A DNA stretch of 64,000 nt, taken from Narcine bancroftii. Lineage: Eukaryota. A program made the position numbers and the translations under genes. Of the stretch, positions 52,001-62,500 are shown one piece after another. Numbering within the stretch: the first letter of the stretch is position 1; the number at the start of each line of letters is the position of its first letter. Where the stretch lies: assembly GCF_036971445.1 (NCBI RefSeq), contig NC_091469.1, positions 240,622,001-240,686,000 of the forward strand, written 5' to 3'. The notes beneath the pieces were generated by a model. That model worked only from the letters and a program-made list of their open reading frames with translations, did no database searches and was not told the DNA's origin.

Positions 52001-53873
52001 TTGCTACTACCCTCAATCAAGGGGGGGGGGGTACCCTGTCGTCTTCTTTTCCAGGAACCTCCACGGCTCCGAGCTAGGGCACTCTGCCATTGAAAAGGAG
52101 ACTCAAGCGATTGTGGAAGCGGTCCACCATTGGCGCCACTACCTGGCCATCAGGAGGTTCACGCTCCTCACGGACCAGCGGGCCATGACATTCATGTTTA
52201 ACACTTCCCACAAGAGCAAAATAAAGAATGACAAGCTCCTGCGCTGGAGAGTTGAGCTGAAAACGTACAGCTACGACATCTAGCATCACCCTTGGAAGTT
52301 TAACAACTCCCCTGATGCCCTTTCTCACACCTGCGCATCTATGCATGACGACAGGTTGTGGACATTGCCTGAGTCCCTCTGCTACCCTGGGGTCACCCGG
52401 CTGTACCATTTTGTTAAGTCCTGAAATCTGCTGTACACCATCAGGGACGTCAGGGACATGACTGAGGCTTGTCGGGTCTGTGCGGAGTGTAAACCCCGCT
52501 TCTTCCACCCCTCCCCCCCCCACCAGAGGTCCAGGCCCACTTTGTAAAGGCTACTCGGCCTTTCGAGCGTCTCGGCATGAACTTCAAAGAGCCCCTGCCT
52601 TCCACGAACCGAAACATCTACTTCCTCACGGTAGTGGACGAGTACACATGCTTCCCTTTCGCCATCCCTTGTCTAGATAGACACCTCCATGGCCACCATC
52701 ATCAGGACCCTGGGGCAGATCTTCACCATGTTTGGCTACTCCACCTTCATCCACAGCAACCGAGGGTCTAGTTTCATGAGCGATGAGCTGCGCTAATACC
52801 TGATGGCGAGGGGTATTGCGACCAGTCGCATGACAAGCTATGACCCAAGAGGCAACGAGCAAGTGCAATGGGAGAATGGGGTGGTCTGGAAGGCAGACCT
52901 CCTGGCTCTCAGGTCAAAAGGGTGGGCCGTTGAATTCTGACAGGACGCCCTGCCCGAGGTGCTCCATGACATTCGGTCACTGCTGTACACGGCTACCAAC
53001 AAGACCCCTCACGAACATCTGTTCTCATTCTCCAGGAAGGTTGGCGACAGGAATGTCACTCCCAGCATGGCTCAAGTCCCCAGGACCGGTGCTTCTGTGT
53101 AAGCATGTACGGACACAAAAGGCCAAAGCCCTGATAGAGCAAGTTTTCATCCTTCATGCAAACCATAACTACGCTTACGTTAGGTTTGGCAGTGGCAGGG
53201 AGGACACCATCTCAATTAGGGACTTGGCACCAGCAGGAGCACCCACCACACAACGTCCAATCCAGGACGACACTGACCAGGCATACAGGCATAACACCTC
53301 CTTAGCACATAGGGCCTCCTTGACCACCAGGGGCCCACTTCAGCCTTAGGAGATGAACCCACCCCCCCACCCATCCAATATGACCCACATACGTCGACCC
53401 TGGCCCCCCCCGGCCATCCCTCTGCTCGACACCACACCAGCCCCCCCACTTCCCCTCTGACCGGTGACCAGGAGCCAGTCCTACAATGGTCACAGAGTCC
53501 CCAGAGGCCGCCGAATCGTCTCAACCTGTAAATATTGTGTACATAGTTGGTGTGATTCCTTGTTACTGCCCCCCACCCAGGACAATTTTAAAGAAAGGGG
53601 TGAATGTGGTGGTGCACCACCAGCCTACTGCAGGGGGCAACCTCTGTACCTGCAGGAGTGTGAGGGGACAGGACAACACCTGACCGGCTGTCAATCAGTC
53701 AGCCTGAATGGATCAAGCCCCACCCGGTCGGGTGTCAATCACCCTCCGAGATATAAGCCTGTGACGGCCTCACACAGAGTTGCTGCAGCCACAACCAGCC
53801 TGGCTCTGTGGATCAAAGCCTGTTGTCCAGTCTTTACCTTGTGTGTGTCTAATTCTGTCTAACAGCGCACCAC
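49024..53873 (+). mobile_element. Near full-length degraded Gypsy LTR retrotransposon
   Basis: LTRs at 49024-49315 and 53605-53873, with a PPT before the 3' LTR. gag, protease (CLLDNGNSESF), RT (SPWRAQVLVV, DAYPL, YLDNV), RNase H and integrase (YFLTVVDEY) in order, with many stops and frameshifts. Confidence 0.95.
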
Positions 53874-54450
53874 TCTCCTGTTCCTTCTATAGTATTATCT
53901 CCAGGTTCCGTTAAATCAACTCCCCTCTCCTTCCCCCAGACTCTCTCCCTCCACCCTGTCTCCTCTCACAGCCAATATCAATTCTCACCTTTCCTCTTAT
54001 ATCCATTGTCCCCCTTTTCTTTCTCCAGTCTCCAGTTGTTCCTTACACCTTGAAGAAGGCCTCAGACACCGAACGTCGGGAATATATCATTACCATCTGC
54101 AGACCCGGCTGAATTCCTCCAACATTTCTGTGTACATTGACTGTTAAGACCTTCGTGCTTCACTCCTGAACCATAACCTCCCACCACCTCGCACGCAGTG
54201 TGATCCAGATCACACCATTGCTGCGTCAACAAAAGTTTCCCTTAAACGCTCCAGGATGAGCGATCATGGACTGAAGGTTTCCACTCCGCGAACTGTTCAT
54301 TTTTCCTGTCTCTCCTTCCCTGCTCCGCCTCCTTTCTGCTTTCTGAAGGACCACGTCCTTCCCACCGAGCCCATCATCAAATTCCGGGCTAGGTTCTCTC
54401 TGTCGTCGGGGCCAGTGTCATGGGACGGGCCTCACACCGGACATCACAGG

Positions 54451-55472
54451 TGTCAGAAACACAAATTCTCACAAATGAGTCTCTTTAAGTTCGGTGACAA
54501 GACAAGCTTTATTTTCATGTCTGCTGAGTTGGACTCAACCGGCTTCTTGCCAAGTCGAGCCCTGATACATACAGTGCATTGTTTTTTATACAATTTGCTT
54601 GTCCTTCGGCATCTCCACTACACTGCTTTAATTGGTTAGTTTTTGCAGAATCATCCTGATTACTGTTAGTCATGCACACCACGATCATTCATGACCTCTG
54701 CTCACACCAAATTCTGTTTTTCACTCTTTATCAATCTTTGGCTCCTGCATGTCTCTGTAGTTAAATCTGTTGCAAGTCTTTTGTAACATTTTCCAGCTAA
54801 ACTCCAGTGGTTAGCCCCCACCTACGGCTCCTAGAACGCTTCCACCAGCGTTGTCTCCGCTCCATCCTCAACATCCATTGGAGCGCTTTCATCCCTAACG
54901 TCGAAGTACTCGAGATGGCAGAGGTCGACAGCATCGAGTCCACGCTGCTGAAGATCCAGCTGCGCTGGGTGGGTCACGTCTCCAGAATGGAGGACCATTG
55001 CCTTCCCAAGATCGTGTTATATGGCGAGCTCTCCACTGGCCACCGTGACAGAGGTGCACCAAAGAAAAGGTACAAGGACTGCCTAAAGAAATCTCTTGGT
55101 GCCTGCCACACTGACCACCGCCAGTGGGCTGATAACGCCTCAAACCGTGCATCTTGGCGCCTCACAGTTCGGCGGGCAGCAACCTCCTTTGAAGAAGACC
55201 GCAGAGCCCACCTCACTGACAAAAGGCAAAGGAGGAAAAACCCAACACCCAACCCCAACCCACCAATTTTCCCCTGCAGCCGCTGCAACCGTGTCTGCCT
55301 GTCCAGCATCGGACTTGTCAGCCACAAACGAGCCTGCAGCTGACGTGGACTTTTTACCCCCTCCATAAATCTTCGTCCGCGAAGCCAAGCCAAAGAAAGA
55401 AAAAGAAAGAAAATGACTAATCATCACATTTTAACTTAAACCCTTTTTAACCCAAATTCTCTATCTATAACA
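54451..55472 (-). mobile_element. Solo LTR (ERV-like) in the J-C intron, carrying a nested RTE
   Basis: TG...CA termini with perfect 5-bp TSD ACAGG (54446-54450 and 55473-55477). Minus-strand TATAAA and AATAAA. Confidence 0.8.
54819..55411 (+). mobile_element. RTE LINE 3' fragment
   Basis: ORF 54807-55343 near-identical to the RTE at 6076-6963; (GAAA)n tail. Confidence 0.93.
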
Positions 55473-55731
55473 ACAGGAGCGGACTGAGCTCCACTTGAGA
55501 GCCTGGGGTTGAAGCGGATCACACGTTCCCTCAGCCATGCCTTAATCTCTCGGCTATAACCAAGAAAGTAGCCGACAGGCACACCTGATCCCACTCAAAC
55601 CGCCCGTCTCGGGGAGCTTCAAGTCATGTCTCCAATTATCTCACTGGTCTCAGGTGAATCACCGATTCTCTCAGGCCTCAAATTAATCAATTAGCAATGG
55701 GGAAGGGTGGAATGGAGAGGTTGGGTCTTAC

Positions 55732-55757
55732 CTGAAGCGAGGTTCCTTTCCCCGTAG
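55732..55757 (-). pseudogene. IgW: JH segment remnant, internally deleted and possibly D-J fused
   Basis: CTAC-GGGGAAAGGAACCTCG-CTTCAG|GTAAG: the G-K-G-T-S core of the WGxGT motif plus a perfect phase-1 donor. Only 26 nt long; the Trp and VTV codons are missing. Confidence 0.75.
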
Positions 55758-55785
55758 CACTGTGACACACCGCCGTTCAACAACC
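55758..55785 (+). promoter_or_regulatory. 12-bp-spacer RSS abutting the J remnant
   Basis: Heptamer CACTGTG (55758-55764), 12-nt spacer (55765-55776), nonamer TCAACAACC (55777-55785; 7/9 to ACAAAAACC). Confidence 0.7.
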
Positions 55786-55796
55786 TCCGCCCCTCT

Positions 55797-55803
55797 CACT
55801 GTG
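55797..55803 (-). promoter_or_regulatory. Orphan RSS heptamer, probably the 3' RSS of a D segment
   Basis: Perfect CACAGTG on the minus strand between V and J, followed by AGAGG like the V spacer. No matching nonamer. Confidence 0.5.
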
Positions 55804-56038
55804 TCCGAGCCCACTCACTCCGCACCGACCCACTCCCATCCACACTGGCCGGGCGTGGGGGCTCCTGATTCCCTGACTCCTGTCCCATCCACGGGGCTCG
55901 GCTCCGACCTGCTCTGTGAATCGATCCGCGGATCCCCTGGTCTTTCCGGGATTGCGGCGGACCCCTCGGCTCCTATTCCCTGTGCTCAATCCTGCTGCCC
56001 TCTCATTCCGGGGCCCTGAGGGCAGGCGCTCTCGCTGG

Positions 56039-56070
56039 GGTTTTTGCAGCGGCCGAGCCCCGGTTCCTCT
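56039..56070 (-). promoter_or_regulatory. V 3' recombination signal remnant: 23-bp spacer plus nonamer, heptamer deleted
   Basis: Nonamer GCAAAAACC at 56047-56039, preceded by exactly 23 nt (56070-56048, AGAGGAACC...) that overlap the final Arg codon of V. No CACAGTG is present. Confidence 0.75.
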
Positions 56071-56330
56071 CGCACAGTAATAGGTGGCCGTGTCCTCCAC
56101 TCTCAGGCTGTTTATTTCCAGGTAGACGAAGTTGCTGGCCTTGGACTCCAGGCGCGTAATACTTGCTCTCACCGCCCGAGATTAGTGACAGCCATTCCAG
56201 CCCTTTCTCGGACTCCTGTTTCACCCAGTTCACCGAGTTGGTGCTGAGACTGAACAGGTCAGTGTGACGGACTCCCCGGGCTTTTTCACCACTGACGCGG
56301 GCTGGGTCAGCACCACCTCGGACCGCACGC
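56068..56330 (-). pseudogene. IgW: Immunoglobulin VH segment (IgW-type), frameshifted pseudogene
   Basis: Acceptor ATGACAG is followed by [27 protein letters not shown] / [39 protein letters not shown] / [24 protein letters not shown], split over three reading-frame blocks. Both Cys, WVKQ, GLEWL and DTATYYCAR are present. VVKKPGE and YYAPGVQG resemble IgW V. Confidence 0.92.
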
Positions 56331-56411
56331 CTGTCATGAAAAGAGCGGACTTCAGGGAACGGTTCCACGGGGAGAGAGTGTCCGAGACGCAGCCGACCCC
56401 GTGCGGGGTGA

Positions 56412-56453
56412 AGCCAGGCAGGACAGGTGAAAGAGATAAGGAGCGAGCCCCAT
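56412..56453 (-). pseudogene. IgW: IgH (IgW-like) leader exon remnant, splice donor lost
   Basis: ATG at 56453 reads [14 protein letters not shown], resembling chondrichthyan IgH signal peptides. It lies about 80 nt upstream of an acceptor leading into [10 protein letters not shown]. No canonical G|GTRAG donor follows. Confidence 0.7.
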
Positions 56454-58339
56454 CGCCCCGCGCACTGAGCCAGACACGGACACTCCACAGATCGGCGGCT
56501 TCAATAGAGAAGAGGGCAGCGAGAGGGAGCCGCGGCTCGAACAGGCCCCCACCCACTGCAACCAGAGGCGCTGCTTCATAAAATTCCATATTTATCTCTA
56601 AATTTAACTAACTTTAACCCCACCATGCGCAAATGTGTGTGTGAGATTAAATCCCAAACTATTACAATTCAAGCATAATTCTGAAAAGTCCATTTTAAAT
56701 TTCAGCACCAAACATCTTATGTTGAACTTGGAAGATTTTTAAATTGCAGTTCAGATGTAATTATGAACCATTTTGAAACATCATGTTTTCAGACCTCTTT
56801 AAACCTCACAAATTTCTTTTGTAGACCCTTTTACAGAGCAATGTTTCTTCATACAAGTGATTTCATAAACACCCTCATATCTTGCCTAAAACTATTGGAG
56901 TCTGTTTTCCACAATGATTTATTTTTCACGGACACACGAGGGTGCCATATTTTCTTAGAGGCAGTCGGAGTGACTATTTCTTCTAAAATACCACTTTTAG
57001 TGTTCCTCTTTTCATGAAGGAGAAAACAGACAGCCTTCCTTCTTTTAAGGAATGGTCGGTTGGGTTCATTATGGTTAGGGTGGCTGCTTTTTTAATCCTG
57101 TCATACAGGATGACCTTCTCTTCAACAGACCCCCTTTGTCTCTGATTTCTTGCATGGTTGACATCAGAACAGCCTTTGTAGTCCTTCTGAACCTTTTAAC
57201 ATCCTCATGCTAAAAAGCATAATTAAATCTTTGTCTTCCCAACCTTAAAATCAAAGTAATTGTCTTTGTTTGATGTTTCTCTCCTGCTTCCGAGTTGTTT
57301 AGGATTGACTGGGCAAATGCTTAAGTAAATAGTCCATTGTTCTCATTATCTCAAGAACCATAAATTCTTTCATGTTAGTTACAGCAGATGTCTGTCTCTG
57401 AGATAAAATCAGCTGCCACCTTGAAAGAATCTCTCTCTGTTTTTAAAATCCAGATGTGTCTTTGTGTCTCTTGAAACCAATCCCATAAAATAAATACAGT
57501 ATAATATTGAACTGATAGCACATTTGTCACAGCGCGGATGATGGAGAATTTCCTGAACCTTTATATCCACCTCACTTGACAGACATGCCCTTGGTCAACG
57601 CTTCCTTGGAAGGGCAGACTGCAGCAGGGGCTCCAGTCACTGGAGTGGGACCTCAACCCACTGCCATTGACATAAACTGACAGTGATCCCACTGACGAAG
57701 GTGAAATTGATACAGGCAGAAACCACATATGTTGGCAGAGATTCCCAAGGACATCCCCAGCTACATCCCCAGCTCTCACTGTAAAACCATTTGATTCAGG
57801 ATAATGGGAAATATATGGACACGAGGAGGAGCCCATTCAGCCCCACACACCTGGTCCATCATTCAGGGAGATCATTGTTCTCATTTTACCTCAGTGCCAT
57901 TTCTATGCATTAAACCTACATCTATTGAACCATTCATGTATCAAGGTCCATTAATTGATGCCTCAAATGGTCTTGGGGACTGGGCATAAACTGCCCTCTG
58001 GGTCCAGAATTGCACAGATTCACTCCACTTTGGGTGAGGACATTCTCCCTCTCTTGGTTCCAGACACCTCACCAGTAGAAGCATCCACCCTACCAAGTCA
58101 CTTGCCAATAGCAGACATTTTAATGAGGTCAAAGGCCACTGTTCCAAACTCTGGAGAATGGAGAGGCAGCCTGCTTCATGCCTAACATGCAACAAGCCCA
58201 CAATCACGCTGATCCTTCCTTCAGAGCTGGACTCATTATTCCAAATATAGTGTCATGTGGACTCTATCATTGGAACAACTTTCCTCTGCTCCTCTACTCC
58301 AATCCTCTTCCAATAAAGACCAACATATCATTGGCTTGA

Positions 58340-59535
58340 CCTTCAAAGATGAAATTTTGGGAGTATAGAGTTTGTATGCTCCTGTCAGGATCAAAGGCAA
58401 GTTTAGAAGGCATAGGGAACCTTGGTTTTCGAGGAATATTGGGGATCTGGTTTGGAAGATGAGAGAGGTATATAACAGGTATAGGCAACAAGGAGCGTAA
58501 AAAATGCAAGAAAGACCTCAAGAAAGAAATAAGGAAGGATAAAAGAAGACTTGAGGTTGCTTTGGCCGACAATGTGAAGGAAAATCCTAAGGGTTTCCAC
58601 AGGTCTAGTAAGATCAAAAGGATAGTCAGGGACAGAATTGATCCCCTTGAAGATCAGAGTGGTCAGCTTTGTATGGAGCCAAAGAGATGGGAGAATCTTA
58701 AATGTTTTCTTTTCATCAGTATTACTCAGGAAACAGGCATAAAGTTGTGGGAAATAAAGAAAACAAGCAGTGAGATTAAAGAGGAGGTAGTGCTTGCTGT
58801 CTTAAAGCAAATAAGGGTGGATAAATCCCTAGGGCCTGACAGCATATTCCCTTGGGCCTTGAGGAGGTGAATGTAGAAATTGCAGGGGCTCTGGCAGAAA
58901 TATTTAAAATGTCCTTAGCCACGACTGTGGTCCCAGAGGATTGGAAGGTAGCTTACGTTGTTCCATTGTTTAAAAAAGGGTCCAAAAGTAAGCATGGTAA
59001 TTATAGGCCAGTGAGCCTGACATCAGTAGTAAGTAAATTATTGGAAGGTGTTCTAAGAGATCGGATATACAATTATTTGGATAGCCAGGAACTGATTAGG
59101 CTCTGTGTGTGGTAGGTCATGTTTAACTAATCTTATGCAGTTTTTCAAGGATATTACTGGGAAAGTTGATGAAGGAAAGGCTATGGACTTTAGTAAGGCT
59201 TTTGACAAAGTCCCACATGGGAGGTTACACATGAAGGTTCAGACACTCAGTGTTCATGGTGAGGTAGTTAACGGGATTCAACATTGGCTTTGAGGGAGAA
59301 GCCAGCGAGTGGAAGTGAATGATTGGTTCTCAGACCGGAGGCCTGTGACTAGTGGTGTGGCTTCAGGGATCAGTGCTGGGGCCTGGCTGGTAATGTGGTA
59401 AATTGGATCAGCAGGTTTGCTGATGACACTAAGATTGGATGCGTTGTGGACAGCGAGGAAGGGTTTCAAAGCTTGCAGAGGGATCTGGACCAATGGGAAA
59501 ACTGGCAGATGGAATTTAATGCAGGCAAGTGTGAG
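58340..59535 (+). mobile_element. CR1 LINE ORF2/RT fragment
   Basis: VPEDWKVAYVVPLFKKG, NYRPVSLTS, RSCLTNL, DFSKAFDKVPH. Confidence 0.92.
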
Positions 59536-59539
59536 ATGT

Positions 59540-62500
59540 CTCAGTCAGTACATTTCTGACTGGTGAATGGATAGCCTGCTCTGTCAGTACTTTACTGACT
59601 GGTCAACAGAAACCCGGCTCCGAAATACTTTACTTAATGTTGAATGGATACCCTTCTCAGACAGTACGTTACTGACTGGTGAGTGGATACCCTGTACTGT
59701 TGGTGCGTTACTGACTGGTGAATGTATAACATGCCCTGTCAGTACGATACTGACTGGTGAACGGATATCCTGCAATGTCACTACGTTATTGACTGGTGGA
59801 CGGATACCTGGCACTGTCAGTACGTTACTAACTGGTAAATGGATAACCTGCTCTGTACGTCTGTTACTTACTGATTAATGGATACCGTGCTCAGACATTA
59901 CGTTACTAACTGGTGAGTGGATACCCTGCTCCATCGGTTCGTTGCTGACTGGTGAACGGATACCCGGATCTGTCAGTACATTACTGACTGTTGAATGGAT
60001 ACCCTGCTCTGTCAGTACATTACTGTCTGGTGAACGGAAACCCTGCTCAGTCACTACGTTACTGACTAGTGAATGGACACCCTTCTCTGTCAATACGTTA
60101 CTGACTTGTGAACAGATACCCTGCTCTCTCAGTACATTACTGACTGGTGAACAGATACCCTACTCTGCCAGTACATTAATGACTGGTGAATGGATACCCT
60201 GCTCAGACACTACGTTACAGACTGGTGAATGGATACCCTGTTGCGTCATTATGTTACTGCTGGTGAACAGATACCCATCTCTGTCAGTATGTTACTGACT
60301 GGTGAACGGATAATCTTCTCCATAACTATGTTACTGATGGGTGAACAGGTACCCTGCTCCATCAGTATGTTACAGACTGGTGAATGCATACACTGCTCTT
60401 TCAGTACGTTACTGACTGGTGAATGGATACCCTGCTTTGTCAGTATGTTACTGACTGGTGAATGGATACCCGGCTCAGACAGTACGTTACTGAATTGTGA
60501 CCCGATACCCTGCCCTATCAGTATGTTACTGAATGGTGAATGTATACCCAGCTACGTCAGTACGATTCTGACTGAGGAACAGATACCATGCTCTGTCAGT
60601 TCGTTACTCACAGGTGAATGGATATCCTGTTCTGTCAGTATATTACTGAATTGTGAATGGATTCCCTGCTCAGACAGTGCGTAACAAACTGGTGAGAAGA
60701 TACCCTATTCTGTAGGTACTTTACTTACAGGTGAACGGATACCTGGCTCTGTCAATATGTTACTGACTGGTGAACAGATACCCTTCTACGTTAGAACATT
60801 TCTGACTGGTCAACGGATACCCTGCTCTCTCAGTACATTATTGACAGGCAAATATATATCCTGCTCTGTCAGTACGTTACTGACTGGTGAATGGATACCC
60901 TGCTCAGTCAGTATGTATCTGACTGGTGAATGGATACACGACTCCGTCAGGACGTTACTGAGTGGTGAACAGACAATCTTCTCAGACAGTATATTACTGC
61001 ATGGTGAATGGATACGCGGATCTGTCAGCACGTTACTGACTGTTGAACGGAAACCCTGCTCACTCACTGCGTACCTGACTGGTGAATGGATACCCTTCTC
61101 TGTCAATTCGTTACTGACTGGTGAACAGTTACCCTGCTCCGTCAATATGTTACTGACTGGTGAACAGCTACCTCTGTCAGTTCGTTATTAACTGGTGAAT
61201 GGATACCCTGTTCTGTCAGTATGTTACTGATCTGTTAATGTATACCCTGCTAAGACAGTACGTAAGTCTTTTGAGCAGATACCATGTTCTGTCATTTCTT
61301 TACTGAGTTGTGAATGGATACCTGGCTCCCTCAATATGTTACTGACTGGTGAACGGATACCCTTCTATGTTAGAACGTTACTGACTGGTCAATGGATACC
61401 CTGCTCTCTCAGTACATTACTGACAGACAAACATATATCCTGCTCTGTCAGTACGTTACTGACTGGTGAACGGATACACTGCTCAGTCAGTATGTATCTG
61501 ACTAATGAATGGATACACGGCTCCATCAGTACGTTACAGACTGGTGAACAGATACCATGCTCTGTCAGTTCGTTACTGACTGGTGAACTGACAATCTTCT
61601 CAGACAATACATTCCTGACTGCTGAATGGATATCCTGCTCTGTCCATATGTTACTGACTGGTGAACGGAAACCCTACTCTGTCAGTACGTTACTGACTGG
61701 TGAACAGACAATCTTCTCAGACAGTATATTACTGCACGGTGAACGGATACCCGGATCTGTCAGTACATTACTGACTGTTGAACGGAAACCCTGCTCACTC
61801 ACTGCGTTACTGACTGGTGAATGGATACCCTTCTCTGTCAATACGTTACTGACTGGTGAACAGTTACCCGGCTCCGTCAATATGTTACTGACTGGTGAAC
61901 GGATACCATGCTCTGTCAGTTCGTTATTAACTGGTGAATGGATACCCTGTTCTTTCAGTATGTTACTGACCTGTTAATGGATACCCTGCTAAGACAGTAC
62001 GTAAAAGTCTTTTGAGCAGATACCCTGTTCCATCATTTCTTTACTGATTCGTGAATGGATACCTCGCTCCGTCAATATATTACTGATTGGTGAACAGATA
62101 CCCTTCTACGTTAGTACGTTACTGACTGGTCAATGGATACCCTGCTCTCTCAGTACATTACTGACAGACAAACATATATCCTGCTCTGTCAGTACATTAC
62201 TGACTGGTGAACGGATACACTGCTCAGTCAGTATGTATCTGACTGGTTAATGGATACACGGCTCCATCAGTACGTTACTGACTGGTGAACAGATACCATG
62301 CTTTGTCAGTTCATTACTCACTGGTGAATGCATACCCTGTTCTGTCAGAACGTTACTGACTTATGAATGGATACCCGGCTCAGAGAGAACGTATCAGACT
62401 GGTGAGCAGATACCTTGTTCTGTCACTACTTTACTGACTGGTGAACGGAAACCCAGCTCCGATATTTCGTTAGTGACTGGTGAACGAATATCCTGCTATA

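Noticed and set aside
55912-55984. Additional D-segment heptamers (CACAGAG, CACAGGG on the minus strand)
   Set aside because: Imperfect and without nonamers, so D boundaries cannot be defined.
56620-56640. Ig octamer promoter (atgcgcaaat)
   Set aside because: Not an exact ATGCAAAT, and chondrichthyan IgH promoters generally lack the octamer.
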